NCBI GenBank assembly: GCA_965262565.1
Contig: CBDHFQ010000013.1
Span: 477 to 64,476 of the forward strand
DNA length: 64,000 nt
Origin: Bacteroidia bacterium
GTDB lineage: Bacteria; Bacteroidota; Bacteroidia; J057
Reading direction: 5' to 3'
Below the pieces are notes generated by a model that saw only the letters and a program-made list of their open reading frames with translations, made no database searches and was not told the DNA's origin. The translations under genes and the position numbers were made by a program. Below are positions 29,528-39,997 of this stretch, piece by piece. The stretch's first letter is position 1. Every line of letters starts with the position of its first letter.

Positions 29528-30736
29528 TTATTGAGAAATGGTATTAATTTCTCTTAGAATTTTCATCGAAGGACCTGGGCTTACTCCTTCCTTTCTGGCA
29601 ATATGAACCGACTGATTTGCAATTGCTTTTGCTTTTTCATATTGACCCGTTTTATATAAAAGAGCCGCATACGTTACAAAGTGAGTGTAGCTATTATCCA
29701 ATGCTACTGCTTGTTTTGACCACAGAATCGCTTTTGTTAATAAGTCTTCTCTTTGAATGTGATGTAAAAAATGAGATGCAGCCAGATGCAGTTCTTTGGC
29801 ATCTGTGGAAGAATATTTTTCAAAATGCGTTACTGCTTTAAATGCATAATTCTGCCATTCTTTTCTGGTAGCAGCTAAGGTCATTCGTAATCTACTCGCT
29901 AACTCACCACCATCATTCATATATTGTTGGGAAATTTTTAACGCTCGTTGGTATTGTCCATCATCTCCGGTAATAACAGCTGTGATAACATTATTTTTTA
30001 ATAAAGAAGCTATTTTTGGGTTTACATTTTCTTTACCAAATCTTTTTTCGAATTTTTTCTTTTTGGCCAATAGGTAATTAAACTCCCTGCTGTCAATATG
30101 ATGAGTAAGTTTTTGAATAGCCTCCCAATTGCGCTCGTTAAGTAATTCTTTATTTTTCTGAGTGCTAAAATAGTCTCGTGCTACAGTTCTATAATCTTCT
30201 TCTGCTACTTTTAACAGGTAAGCATAGTATAGCATCTCTTGTGGGCTTGCTTTACCTGAATTGTATGATAAAGCTAATGTGGCTCTATTGTGAGATGGGG
30301 ATAATGCTTCTTCTGCTATATGCAAAAATTCATCAGGGGCTTTGTATCCTTGATCTCTCAAAATCAATCTACCCAAATAATCAATAAATAAGGAAGTTGG
30401 ATACGAATGCACTTGATAGGTATACGCTAATTCCGGCCCCTCTCCTTTTTCCATATCCATTTTTACATTAATAAAACGGGAATTAAAAAACTCTCCCACT
30501 TCAGATCGTCTGAAAGTATTTCGCTGCATTGTTTTACAGTATCCACACCAGGAAGTATAAGCATGTAAAAAAATAACTTTAGTATTGGATTTTGCTTCGG
30601 CCAAGGCTTCTTCCCATGTGCCTTCAAAAAAATTGATTCCTTCTGATGCTTGGCCGTAAGAATAAGTAGGAAATATTAGTACTGAGAGCAGGAACAGATA
30701 AATCATCCGTACCAAGAGGTTATTCTGATACTTCAT
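29528..30736 (-). CDS. Secreted thioredoxin-fold protein (DUF255/thioredoxin-like) with C-terminal TPR-like repeats
   Basis: 402 aa with a signal peptide and a WCGYCK redox motif in a thioredoxin-like N-terminal domain. The C-terminal half is helical and repeat-like. Confidence 0.7.
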   Translation of the reverse strand: MKYQNNLLVRMIYLFLLSVLIFPTYSYGQASEGINFFEGTWEEALAEAKSNTKVIFLHAYTSWCGYCKTMQRNTFRRSEVGEFFNSRFINVKMDMEKGEGPELAYTYQVHSYPTSLFIDYLGRLILRDQGYKAPDEFLHIAEEALSPSHNRATLALSYNSGKASPQEMLYYAYLLKVAEEDYRTVARDYFSTQKNKELLNERNWEAIQKLTHHIDSREFNYLLAKKKKFEKRFGKENVNPKIASLLKNNVITAVITGDDGQYQRALKISQQYMNDGGELASRLRMTLAATRKEWQNYAFKAVTHFEKYSSTDAKELHLAASHFLHHIQREDLLTKAILWSKQAVALDNSYTHFVTYAALLYKTGQYEKAKAIANQSVHIARKEGVSPGPSMKILREINTISQ

Positions 30737-30797
30737 AGGGAAAAAATTAGCAAATAGCTAGCTATGTTCACATTAATACCTAAAGATACGGTAGCTG

Positions 30798-31382
30798 TTA
30801 ATCAAAAGATGATGCTTGAGTAGAAATATTTGGAGTTTTTACGAATTTCTCACTGAACCAAAGAAACTCGTCTATAAATTGATTAGTTTGTGTTTCCAGT
30901 GCCGGATCTACAGGATTTCCCGATTCGTCAAAAGCTTTATGAACATATGGCACTAACAGTTTGTAGGGCATAGGAAAAGCTGATAGCGAAAGGATGAGTA
31001 ATTGCATTTGAGTGGAAGCATTAATTCCTCCCATTTTTCCTGAACCAGAAGTGACCACCCCTATAGGTTTCCGCTTAAACTCTTTCCAAAAATGATCTAA
31101 TGCATTTTTTAATGCTCCAGTATAACTTCCATGATATTCAGGAGAACAAAATATCAGTGCATCAGCCTGAGATAAGGTTAAACTTATGGAGTGCATAAGC
31201 TCAGGAGGATCATTTGATTCTTGCCATCTTTCTTCAAAAATGGGAATCTGAATTTCTGCAAGATCAATTAATTCCACACTTATATCTTTTCTATTAGTCA
31301 ACTGATCTCGAAGATAGTAGGCTACTTGATCCGTTTTGCGGTTTTGTCTCGTGCTACCTAGAATAATAACTATTCGAATCAT
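30798..31382 (-). CDS. NADPH-dependent FMN reductase family protein
   Basis: 194 aa, flavodoxin-like. GSTRQNRKT and SPEYHGSYTGALKNALD are typical of the family. Confidence 0.8.
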   Translation of the reverse strand: MIRIVIILGSTRQNRKTDQVAYYLRDQLTNRKDISVELIDLAEIQIPIFEERWQESNDPPELMHSISLTLSQADALIFCSPEYHGSYTGALKNALDHFWKEFKRKPIGVVTSGSGKMGGINASTQMQLLILSLSAFPMPYKLLVPYVHKAFDESGNPVDPALETQTNQFIDEFLWFSEKFVKTPNISTQASSFD

Positions 31383-31491
31383 GAATGAGTAACGTGCAAG
31401 CTTGTAGAGTTGTTTAAATTCTTTGTAATAATAAGGTTACTTTTAATAGTTGTAAGGAAGTCATTTTATTGGTATAAGTAATAAAATTTCT

Positions 31492-31499
31492 TATTTTTG
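31492..31499 (+). promoter_or_regulatory. Candidate Bacteroidetes -7 promoter element (TAnnTTTG) upstream of rpmH
   Basis: TATTTTTG lies 19 nt upstream of the rpmH ATG. I found no clear -33 TTTG partner. Confidence 0.3.
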
Positions 31500-31517
31500 C
31501 AGCCCAAATAAGTAAAA

Positions 31518-31679
31518 ATGAAACGTACATACCAACCAAGTAATAGGAAAAGAAGAAACAAGCACGGATTTCGCGAGCGTATGCAATCGCATGATGGTAG
31601 AAAAGTGTTAGCTAGAAGAAGAGCTAAAGGCAGACATAAGCTCAGTGTTAGCGATGAAGGAAGGCACAAACAAAAATAA
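31518..31679 (+). CDS. rpmH: 50S ribosomal protein L34
   Basis: Hand translation gives [53 protein letters not shown]. It is absent from the ORF track because it is only 53 aa. The antisense track ORF 31466-31714 is spurious. Confidence 0.95.
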   Translation: MKRTYQPSNRKRRNKHGFRERMQSHDGRKVLARRRAKGRHKLSVSDEGRHKQK

Positions 31680-32076
31680 TAAGCCCTCTGAAAAAAATCA
31701 TTATACCTTTCCAAAGAAAGAGCGGATTTGTAGCAAGAAAACGTTTGATTATCTGTTTACCCACGGTCAGAAAATGAAACATGGGCCTCTACGTTGCATT
31801 TATATATTTAATCCTCCCGATGAATTAATTGAATCTCCTGTTTCCGTAGCATTCTCAGTTCCCAAAAGGCTTTTGAAACGAGCCGTTGACAGAAATTATA
31901 TCAAACGTAGGTTAAGAGAAGGATTTAGATTGCATAAGCATTCCTTATTGTCTACTCTAAATAAAGAGGGAAATACACTCGCTTTCATCATTATATATAC
32001 CAAACCCTATAAAATCCCCTATCATTCTCTCATTTCCTCTTTCACAAAACTTCTCAAACGATTCCAAGAGATTTAA
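31654..32076 (+). CDS. rnpA: Ribonuclease P protein component
   Basis: It sits immediately after rpm[18 protein letters not shown] and [14 protein letters not shown] are RnpA-like. The start is uncertain (ATG 31654 or GTG 31645), and both overlap the rpmH 3' end. Confidence 0.85.
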   Translation: MKEGTNKNNKPSEKNHYTFPKKERICSKKTFDYLFTHGQKMKHGPLRCIYIFNPPDELIESPVSVAFSVPKRLLKRAVDRNYIKRRLREGFRLHKHSLLSTLNKEGNTLAFIIIYTKPYKIPYHSLISSFTKLLKRFQEI

Positions 32077-32481
32077 TAAGTTTATACATCTAAATTCTCC
32101 TTTTATCCTTAATTTTTTTCAATCTATTCTTTTTTCTTTAGCAAATGTTCAGGATTGTTATTAATTTATATTAATCCAATCAAACTACTATTAATACTTA
32201 TTCCTGATAATAGCTAAAGGGTAATATTATAACTTATCTAGATATTATAGCCAACCTAACTTGTGGGTATTTCAATTGCTAAATCATTAGCGTGTATGTT
32301 GTCAAAATAAGATGCGTAAGGTATAAGATATATCAGCGCGTGTAGTTATTTCATATACTAAAGCTTACGGATTATTACAGAGGAAAAAAAAGGATAAGTT
32401 ATTGACTTTATCTTGGGGAAAAATAATAATAGATTGGAATTATAAAGGTACAATTAAATTAATAGTAATCGAATTGAAGCC

Positions 32482-34155
32482 ATGAGGTATAGAACTGTTG
32501 TGATTTGGGCAGCCGCCATTTCGTTGTCCTTTAGTTTAGGTTTTATAACCAATGTATCTGACAATTATTTCGAGATTTCTAAAAACCTAGACATCTTCGG
32601 CAAATTGTATCGCGAAATTAATGCTTTATATGTAGATGACACTGATCCTACAGACCTGATTCGCACAGGTATAGATGCGATGTTGAACTCCCTTGATCCA
32701 TACACTAATTACATAAGCGAAGAGGAATTAGAGGATTTCAGGTTTATGAGTACAGGAGAATATGGTGGTATTGGTGCAGTCATTGGGAAGCGTGATAAAA
32801 GAATTTTAGTGATGGATTCCTATGATGGCTATCCCGCAGATTTAGCTGGACTTGAAATAGGCGATGAAATTCTTAAAATTGATGGTAAGGAAGTTGATGG
32901 TACTGAGATGGAAGTGTTAGATGTGCGAAATTTATTAAGGGGAGAAAAGGGGTCTATGGTAACCTTAGAAGTCAAAAAATCAGAAGAAGAAAACGACCTT
33001 GCTACCCTAAAAATCTCCAGAGATCGCATTAGGGTGAATAATGTTGCTTACAGTGGGATGCTTAATGAAAGCGTGGGTTATATCTCCCTTCAGGGATTCA
33101 CCCAGGATGCTGCTGCAGAAGTTGAGAAGGCGATACAGGATTTTAAGGAAAATCATTCTACTTTTGAGAGCTTAATCCTTGATCTGAGAAATAATCCCGG
33201 AGGAAGACTTGATGAGGCAGTAAAAGTTGCCAATATTTTTATTCCCCAAAAAGAAAAGATCGTGGAAACCAGAGGAAGAATTGATGGATCGCATAGAACT
33301 CACTATGCTAAGTCCCCTCCTGTAGATGCAGAAATTCCATTAGCGGTATTAATCAATGGGAGAAGTGCAAGTGCTTCTGAAATAGTCACTGGAGCTATTC
33401 AAGATTTAGACAGGGGGATTGTGGTCGGGCAGAGGAGTTTTGGAAAAGGGTTGGTACAAAATATTCGGCCCCTCAGTTATAATGCACAATTAAAGGTGAC
33501 CACGGCTAAATATTACACGCCTTCAGGTAGATGTATTCAGGCAGTAAATTATACACATGATCATGGTGATAGTAAAGCTGAGCGTATTCCCGATAGTTCT
33601 AGAAATCATTTTACTACGAGGAATGGTAGATCTGTATATGATGGAGGAGGGATAGAGCCCGATGTGTATGTTCCTCAGAACAAACCGAAAACGGTAAGTC
33701 GAGCACTAGTAAATCAAGGGTATATTTACGATTATGCATCTTTATATGCTGATAAGCATCCTGCCATTCCTGAAGCTGCAAAATTTGTCGTCTCAGATGA
33801 AATGTATGATGATTTTGTGGCTTATTTGGAATCGAAAAAATTCTCATATGAGACGACTGCAGATGGAAAGTTAAAAGAATTGAAAAAGACAGTATCTTCT
33901 GAAGCATACTATGATAAAGTGGGAGAAACATTAAATGAGCTTTCCCAGATGCTTTCTCATTTTAAAAGACAGGATGTGGAGAAATATAAAGAAGAAATTA
34001 AGAAATATTTGAAACAAGAAATTTTGAAAAGATACTACCATGAGAAAGGGGTGATAGAGGGGCAATTAAATGGAGATCCTGTTGTGGAAGAAGCTATCGA
34101 ATGGTTAACCAACCTCAATGGGTATAATCAGATGCTGACCCAAGAAGGACAGTAA
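32482..34155 (+). CDS. S41-family C-terminal processing peptidase with PDZ domain (paralog 2)
   Basis: 557 aa, colinear with the 17434-19092 product. Shared blocks include DPYTN(F/Y), LDLRNNPGG, SASASEIVTGAIQDLDRG, SFGKGLVQN and AKYYTPSGRCIQA. Confidence 0.9.
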   Translation: MRYRTVVIWAAAISLSFSLGFITNVSDNYFEISKNLDIFGKLYREINALYVDDTDPTDLIRTGIDAMLNSLDPYTNYISEEELEDFRFMSTGEYGGIGAVIGKRDKRILVMDSYDGYPADLAGLEIGDEILKIDGKEVDGTEMEVLDVRNLLRGEKGSMVTLEVKKSEEENDLATLKISRDRIRVNNVAYSGMLNESVGYISLQGFTQDAAAEVEKAIQDFKENHSTFESLILDLRNNPGGRLDEAVKVANIFIPQKEKIVETRGRIDGSHRTHYAKSPPVDAEIPLAVLINGRSASASEIVTGAIQDLDRGIVVGQRSFGKGLVQNIRPLSYNAQLKVTTAKYYTPSGRCIQAVNYTHDHGDSKAERIPDSSRNHFTTRNGRSVYDGGGIEPDVYVPQNKPKTVSRALVNQGYIYDYASLYADKHPAIPEAAKFVVSDEMYDDFVAYLESKKFSYETTADGKLKELKKTVSSEAYYDKVGETLNELSQMLSHFKRQDVEKYKEEIKKYLKQEILKRYYHEKGVIEGQLNGDPVVEEAIEWLTNLNGYNQMLTQEGQ

Positions 34156-34221
34156 CTCATACTCCGCTAACATTTAGTTTTAGTGCAGTAAACAAAAGCG
34201 AATGACAAAAGTATTATATCT

Positions 34222-34250
34222 AAAAAAAACAGCCAATTGGCTGTTTTTTT
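34222..34250. terminator. Perfectly palindromic bidirectional terminator
   Basis: AAAAAAAACAGCCAATTGGCTGTTTTTTT is a hairpin flanked by an A8 and a T7 run, 67 nt after the S41 paralog stop. Confidence 0.8.
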
Positions 34251-34296
34251 ATAAGGAAAATTTTCCGCTATATCCTGAATTTAGCTTGGTCGCTAT

Positions 34297-34800
34297 ATGA
34301 GATGTTGTATATTATTCTTGTTTCTGTTGACTTATAATACCCAACTTGTATTTGCCAATTGCACATGTCAAGATTCAATTTCTATCCATGAAGCTAAGGA
34401 ACAAGCAGATTATGTTTTTGCAGGAGAAGTCATCCAGTTAGACTCTGACTGGATTTCAGGCGGGTGGAAATTTACCTTCAAAGTAGCTACAAGTTGGAAG
34501 AAACCTATCGAACGCTTACAGGTAATACATACAGCTTGGGAAAAAGATTGTGGATATATATTTGAGGAAGGTAGAATGTATGTAGTATTTGTCCAGAAGA
34601 AATTTACGCCCAAAACGTTTAAGTGTATGGGCAATCGTCCGATCTTAACTCTAAATGAAGGAATCAAATTATTGGGCAAAGGAATGCCCCCTCAACCATC
34701 CCCTGCAAGAATATCAATGTATTGGATTATCGGTATTTTGGCTGCGATGATCATGTTAGGAATGCTCTTTATTGTCCTTCGAAAAAAAAATCACACATAA
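34297..34800 (+). CDS. Hypothetical protein: signal peptide, N-terminal C-x-C module, C-terminal TM anchor
   Basis: 167 aa. [31 protein letters not shown] follows the signal peptide. The hydrophobic tail is [23 protein letters not shown]. Confidence 0.5.
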   Translation: MRCCILFLFLLTYNTQLVFANCTCQDSISIHEAKEQADYVFAGEVIQLDSDWISGGWKFTFKVATSWKKPIERLQVIHTAWEKDCGYIFEEGRMYVVFVQKKFTPKTFKCMGNRPILTLNEGIKLLGKGMPPQPSPARISMYWIIGILAAMIMLGMLFIVLRKKNHT

Positions 34801-34801
34801 A

Positions 34802-35488
34802 ATGAATTCATCTCCCCAAAACATTAAACTGGAAGAAAGCTGGAAAGAAGTACTCAACGAAGAATTTTCGAAACTCTATTTTCAGCAATTAAAAGCGTTC
34901 CTGGTAGAAGAAAAAGCAAGTGGCCATCCGATTTATCCTCCAGGCAAGTATATTTTCAATGCTTTTAACAGCACGCCTTTTGATAAAGTGAAAGTTGTTA
35001 TCTTGGGTCAAGATCCCTATCATGGTCAGGGTCAGGCGCATGGCCTTTCTTTTTCCGTACCACAGGGAGTGAGACAGCCTCCGTCCTTAAAAAATATATT
35101 TAAGGAATTGAACGCTGATCTGGGAATAGATATTCCTTCCCATGGATACCTTCAGTCCTGGGCGGACCAAGGTGTACTATTATTGAACTCATTACTTACG
35201 GTAAGAGCAAGTACACCCGGATCACATAAAGGGAAGGGTTGGGAAGAATTTACTGATGCTGCTATACAAGCATTAAATGAGCATAGAGATGGAGTGATCT
35301 TCTTTTTGTGGGGAAAATACGCTAAAGAAAAGGGGAAATTTATTGATCCTCAGAAGCACCACATCCTTACCGCAGCTCATCCATCTCCCTATTCTGCAAA
35401 TAATGGTTTCTTTGGTACACGGCATTTCTCTAAAGCAAATGAAATTCTTGCTAAGCAAGGAAATGAACCTATCAATTGGAATCTTTAG
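34802..35488 (+). CDS. ung: Uracil-DNA glycosylase (family 1)
   Basis: [22 protein letters not shown] and the HPSPYSA motif are present. I prefer the ATG at 34802 ([14 protein letters not shown]) over the longer track ORF. Confidence 0.95.
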   Translation: MNSSPQNIKLEESWKEVLNEEFSKLYFQQLKAFLVEEKASGHPIYPPGKYIFNAFNSTPFDKVKVVILGQDPYHGQGQAHGLSFSVPQGVRQPPSLKNIFKELNADLGIDIPSHGYLQSWADQGVLLLNSLLTVRASTPGSHKGKGWEEFTDAAIQALNEHRDGVIFFLWGKYAKEKGKFIDPQKHHILTAAHPSPYSANNGFFGTRHFSKANEILAKQGNEPINWNL

Positions 35489-35504
35489 ATGAGATAGCGC
35501 TATC

Positions 35505-36149
35505 TTAGTCTATGGCCATTAATTTATTTGTATAATAGAATTTCCAATCTTTGATCAAGTCGGGAGATTGGATAATTTTTTCAAGTAAAGATTTATTATC
35601 TGGTTCCAGAAAATAGGCTCTTGCTACTTCCTCTATACTTAATTTATAAGGAGATTCTTTTATTTTGATCAAGCTATCTCCCTCTTGAAAACTTCCTTCT
35701 TTTATGACTTTGAAATAGTAGCCTGTAATATTTGCTTCCAGGAAATTTCTAATAAATTTAGGATCCCCCATTTTTATCCCAAGCTTAAAACAAGGCATCC
35801 TGGGCTGAGTTACTTCGAGTTCGGCATTCCCTATAGTAAATCGATCTCCAATGTAGGTGTACTTCTCTAGCGGGCCTTCGACGGATAGGTTTTCTCCAAA
35901 CTTTCCTGGCTCAAAACTTAAATCTGGTCTTTTCTTTTTCCAGAATGAATAATGCAATGCAGGATATGCATATACTGCTTTAAAAGTACCTCCGTGGACT
36001 GTAAGGTCAGCTTGTTTGTCGCCCACAATATTTAAGGCATTCACGCCTACAGGTCCATTAACTCTTGATTTATAGATACCTGTCATGATTTCCTTTCCGC
36101 GATATAAAGTAGGCTGGGGTGTTCCAACAAAAATGGCTAATACTTTCAT
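35505..36149 (-). CDS. MOSC domain protein (YiiM-like)
   Basis: 214 aa. GDKQADLTVHGG and PRMPCFKLG are typical of the MOSC beta-barrel, and the helical tail is YiiM-like. Confidence 0.85.
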   Translation of the reverse strand: MKVLAIFVGTPQPTLYRGKEIMTGIYKSRVNGPVGVNALNIVGDKQADLTVHGGTFKAVYAYPALHYSFWKKKRPDLSFEPGKFGENLSVEGPLEKYTYIGDRFTIGNAELEVTQPRMPCFKLGIKMGDPKFIRNFLEANITGYYFKVIKEGSFQEGDSLIKIKESPYKLSIEEVARAYFLEPDNKSLLEKIIQSPDLIKDWKFYYTNKLMAID

Positions 36150-36387
36150 AAAGCTAGTTTGGTATATGTCTTGATCTACTGTAATATAGGTTAATCAATT
36201 ATGTATGAACCGTCATTGATCATACATATTTTGGTATTGATGTAAACTCCTTTGCAGATGGCCCATTTTCAGCCATATTTACTTAACATTGCTTTTCTTA
36301 CAATAATCTGATAGCCAGATAAAAGAAGAAATTAACAATTATATTTAATTTGACCTGGAATATTTATGACATTTAAATCTACATAAG

Positions 36388-37311
36388 TTGAAGATCGCAA
36401 TAATTCAATCCAGTCCCGTGTTTAATCAATTAGATGCTTCTATTACTAAAGCGGAATCATTAGTTAGAGAAGCTTCGGATCATGGTGCCAGTTTTGTCAT
36501 ATTTGGAGAAACATGGTTTGCAGGCTATCCGGCATGGTTAGATCATTGTCCAGGCATGGGCAAGTGGAATCATCCTCCTACAAAGGCCGTTTTTGCTGAA
36601 ATGATCAACAATAGTTTAGAAGTTCCAGGTTCAGGAGTTGATCGACTGGAAAGAATGGCAAAAGAAAATGGAGTAGCTATCTGTGCTGGAATAAACGAAA
36701 AAGTATCAAGTGGGCCTGGAAATGGAACGATCTTCAATAGCCTGATTATGATCAATGAAAAGGGGGAGTTAATATTTCATCATAGAAAATTGATGCCCAC
36801 TTATACAGAGAAACTTATTTATGGATTAGGTGATGGAAGGGGAACTCACCCAATACAGCTACAAGGATATCAGGTAGGAGGATTGATTTGTTGGGAGCAT
36901 TGGATGCCTCTTACCAGATATACATTACACGAGGCGGGAGAACATATTCATATAGCAGTTTGGCCTACAGTACACGAAATGCATCAAATAGCCAGTAGGC
37001 ATTATGCATTTGAAGGTCGATGTTTTGTTATTACTGCTGGCCAAATGATGCGGGTAAGTGACCTTCCAAAGCAATTAACCATCCCCGAAAAGTGGAAAAA
37101 TACTCCGAATGAATGGGTTTTACGAGGAGGAAGTGCCGTCATTGGTCCTGATGGCAATTATATTGTCGAGCCGATTTATGAGCAGGAATTAATTATCTAT
37201 GCAGAAATTCATCCAGATGAAGTGTATGAAGAGCGAATGACATTGGATGTTTCGGGACATTATCAGCGGTCAGACTTATTTAACTTTAGTTTTCACCCTT
37301 TGAGAGAATGA
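36388..37311 (+). CDS. Nitrilase / carbon-nitrogen hydrolase family protein
   Basis: 307 aa with a TTG start in the track. FGETWFAGYP (Glu), HRKLMPT (Lys) and GGLICWEHWMP (Cys) form the nitrilase catalytic triad pattern. Confidence 0.85.
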   Translation: MKIAIIQSSPVFNQLDASITKAESLVREASDHGASFVIFGETWFAGYPAWLDHCPGMGKWNHPPTKAVFAEMINNSLEVPGSGVDRLERMAKENGVAICAGINEKVSSGPGNGTIFNSLIMINEKGELIFHHRKLMPTYTEKLIYGLGDGRGTHPIQLQGYQVGGLICWEHWMPLTRYTLHEAGEHIHIAVWPTVHEMHQIASRHYAFEGRCFVITAGQMMRVSDLPKQLTIPEKWKNTPNEWVLRGGSAVIGPDGNYIVEPIYEQELIIYAEIHPDEVYEERMTLDVSGHYQRSDLFNFSFHPLRE

Positions 37312-37318
37312 TGATGGT

Positions 37319-38425
37319 ATGGAGGCAGGAAAAGACTTGCGGAAAATAATTCATGTGGATATGGATGCTTTTTATGCATCTGTAGAACAACGTGATAATC
37401 CTGATCTGCTAGGTAAACCTGTAGCTGTAGGCGGTTCCAGTAAAAGGGGGGTAGTAGCCACTGCAAGTTATGAAGCGAGAAAATACGGTGTCAGATCTGC
37501 CATGCCTTCAGTCATAGCTCAAAGATTATGTCCCCATCTTATTTTTGTGAAACCAAGATTTGATGTATATAAACATGTCTCCCAGCAGGTTCGGGAAATA
37601 TTTTTCCAATACACAGATCTCGTAGAACCTCTTTCATTAGATGAAGCATATCTGGATGTTACGGAAAATAAAAAGAAAATTGATTCTGCCTCGAGAATAG
37701 CTAAAGAAATTCAGCAGGAAATCCTTTCGAAGACTGATTTGACCGCTTCAGCTGGAATCTCTGTAAACAAATTTTTAGCGAAAGTAGCTTCAGGGATTAA
37801 TAAGCCTTATGGATTAGCACTAATCCCACCTGAAGCTGTAGAAGGATTTATTGAAAGACTGCCTATAGAAAAATTTCACGGAATAGGGAAAAAAACAAGT
37901 GAGAAAATGAAGAAACTAAATATTCATTGTGGTAAAGATTTGAAGGGAAAAAGTGAATTGTTTCTTGCAAAACATTTTGGTAAAACAGGCAGATATTATT
38001 ATAAAATTGTGAGAGGGATAGATGATCGCCCCGTAAAGCCTGATCGAATTCGTAAATCTGTGGGTGCTGAAAACACTTTCCGAAATGATTTAACAACAGA
38101 AAGCGAAATGTTAGAGGCATTAGATAAAATCATTCTTCGAGTGGCAGAAAGATTAAAGATTGCCCAAACATCGGGTAAAACGGTAACGCTTAAAATTAAG
38201 TATCACGATTTTCAAATTACCACCAGAAGCAAAACACTGGATTCCTTCATTTCTTCTTCCAAAGATATTACCGATACGATAAAGGTGCTGTTGCGGCATC
38301 CTCAATTGCCCTCTGAGCCTGTTCGTTTGTTAGGAGTTTCCCTCTCCAATTTATATCAGGAAAATGCTTTAAATTATCCACAGATGGGTATACAATTAAC
38401 CATCGATTTTAGTAGTCAGTCGTAA
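37319..38425 (+). CDS. dinB: DNA polymerase IV (Y-family)
   Basis: 368 aa with IIHVDMDAFYASVEQRDNP and SLDEAYLDV motifs and little-finger domain length. Confidence 0.95.
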   Translation: MEAGKDLRKIIHVDMDAFYASVEQRDNPDLLGKPVAVGGSSKRGVVATASYEARKYGVRSAMPSVIAQRLCPHLIFVKPRFDVYKHVSQQVREIFFQYTDLVEPLSLDEAYLDVTENKKKIDSASRIAKEIQQEILSKTDLTASAGISVNKFLAKVASGINKPYGLALIPPEAVEGFIERLPIEKFHGIGKKTSEKMKKLNIHCGKDLKGKSELFLAKHFGKTGRYYYKIVRGIDDRPVKPDRIRKSVGAENTFRNDLTTESEMLEALDKIILRVAERLKIAQTSGKTVTLKIKYHDFQITTRSKTLDSFISSSKDITDTIKVLLRHPQLPSEPVRLLGVSLSNLYQENALNYPQMGIQLTIDFSSQS

Positions 38426-39000
38426 ATTTGACATCTTTTCGGAGGAAATCCTATCCAGTTTTCTTTCACCAGAAATGGGATATTGATATATCGTACTAAA
38501 TCTCTGGCATCAATCACTAAGCTGGATACGTATATGATGCTACCTCCGGAAAGTGTTATTTTTACATAATCCATTTGATAAGGGAGTAATAGATTAGCAA
38601 CAATCTCACACTCATTTACCTGATCGCGTTGAAATAAAATGTTATGTCGCTTCCACTTGAATTGAATGAGATTATTTTTTCGATCAATTTCAAGGGTGGT
38701 GTTTCTCTCTCTGAAAACGAACTGGAAATATAAGGTAACTACTAACAAGTAAATTGGAACAATAAAAACTGATAACCATAATCCCCAATTAAGAATGAAT
38801 TGGTTTCCTAGAAGAAACCAGCATATGATGGTGAGCATAATGGTAAAACCCATGAATGAATGGAGAAAATGGATGGTATGTAGGAATTGAGAAGCATGTT
38901 TAGGTTCAAACTTGAATAACTCTACATGAGGTTCAAGAATGATCGTTTTATCCACCGAGTCATTCACCTCACTTGGAGAGAGTTGAGAAAGATCAATCAT
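38416..39000 (-). CDS. Hypothetical membrane protein
   Basis: 194-aa ORF with two central TM helices and no recognised motifs. Its 3' end overlaps convergent dinB by 10 nt. Confidence 0.45.
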   Translation of the reverse strand: MIDLSQLSPSEVNDSVDKTIILEPHVELFKFEPKHASQFLHTIHFLHSFMGFTIMLTIICWFLLGNQFILNWGLWLSVFIVPIYLLVVTLYFQFVFRERNTTLEIDRKNNLIQFKWKRHNILFQRDQVNECEIVANLLLPYQMDYVKITLSGGSIIYVSSLVIDARDLVRYINIPFLVKENWIGFPPKRCQIYD

Positions 39001-39201
39001 TTTTATTTAGAAAATATTTTATTCTAAAAATAGTCTTGTTTGGTATATTTTAATATCTCCTTTTAAGTTTTATCTAACAGAAGTTTCCGGATAGATTGAT
39101 AGTATTTTATTTGGTTGGAATGGGGTTAATTTTCTGTGCTGTGATTCATGAATTAACTTACAATATTGAAAACTCAAATAATTCCTTTATTTTCATGAGA
39201 T

Positions 39202-39993
39202 ATGTGGAACGGTATTAAAAAAGGACTTAGCATTATTTACAGCATATATGTGCTGCTTGTTTTCTTTATATTTATCCCGTTAATCTTTCTGATTTACTCA
39301 TGTATTTCTTTCCTCCCAGAAAGAAAATGGCTTATATGGATATATAAGATCAATCGCGTGTGGGTAGGAACCTGGAGCGTATTAACTGGTATACATGTAC
39401 AAATAAATGGCCAGGATAAGTTGGATATAAAGGAAGATTATGTCTTTCTTAGCAATCATTGTAATATGTTAGACATCATCATGACAGGTTCTTGTATTCA
39501 ACATCCATTTAAACCTCTCATCAAAAAAGAACTTATAAAGGTGCCCTTATTTGGTACTCTCCTGAATATGACTTCGGTTCCAGTAGACAGATCCAGCAAA
39601 GAAAGCAGGAAAAAAAGTTTTGAGGATATGGCTGATCACTTATTCAGGCATATCTCTATCCTCATTTTTCCGGAAGGAACCCGAAATAGAACTGATAAAC
39701 CCCTTAAAGATTTTTATGATGGAGCGTTTAAACTCGCTATTCATACGGGAAAACCTATCATGCCTATCGTATTACTTGGAGTAAGAGAATTACAACCTGT
39801 TCACACTTTTACAGTATATCCAGGTAAGACATCTATTCATATTTTGGGAGCTGTTCCCACAGCTTCCTATAATATGGATCAGGTGGAGGAATTAAAAAAA
39901 TTAGTATTTGAGAAGATGTATCAATTCATTGTAGAACACGAGCCATCATTCAAACATTTGCGTCTTGATACTAATGTGTCATCTACGAACTAA
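39202..39993 (+). CDS. Lysophospholipid (1-acyl-sn-glycerol-3-phosphate) acyltransferase family protein, copy 1
   Basis: N-terminal TM segment, an NHCNMLD (HX4D-type) box and an FPEGTRNR box. Confidence 0.8.
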   Translation: MWNGIKKGLSIIYSIYVLLVFFIFIPLIFLIYSCISFLPERKWLIWIYKINRVWVGTWSVLTGIHVQINGQDKLDIKEDYVFLSNHCNMLDIIMTGSCIQHPFKPLIKKELIKVPLFGTLLNMTSVPVDRSSKESRKKSFEDMADHLFRHISILIFPEGTRNRTDKPLKDFYDGAFKLAIHTGKPIMPIVLLGVRELQPVHTFTVYPGKTSIHILGAVPTASYNMDQVEELKKLVFEKMYQFIVEHEPSFKHLRLDTNVSSTN

Positions 39994-39997
39994 TCAT

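Noticed and set aside
31400-32481. Chromosomal replication origin next to rpmH-rnpA
   Set aside because: There is no dnaA, dnaN or yidC nearby. I found no TTATCCACA-type DnaA boxes in the AT-rich 32077-32481 spacer. AT-richness alone is not evidence.
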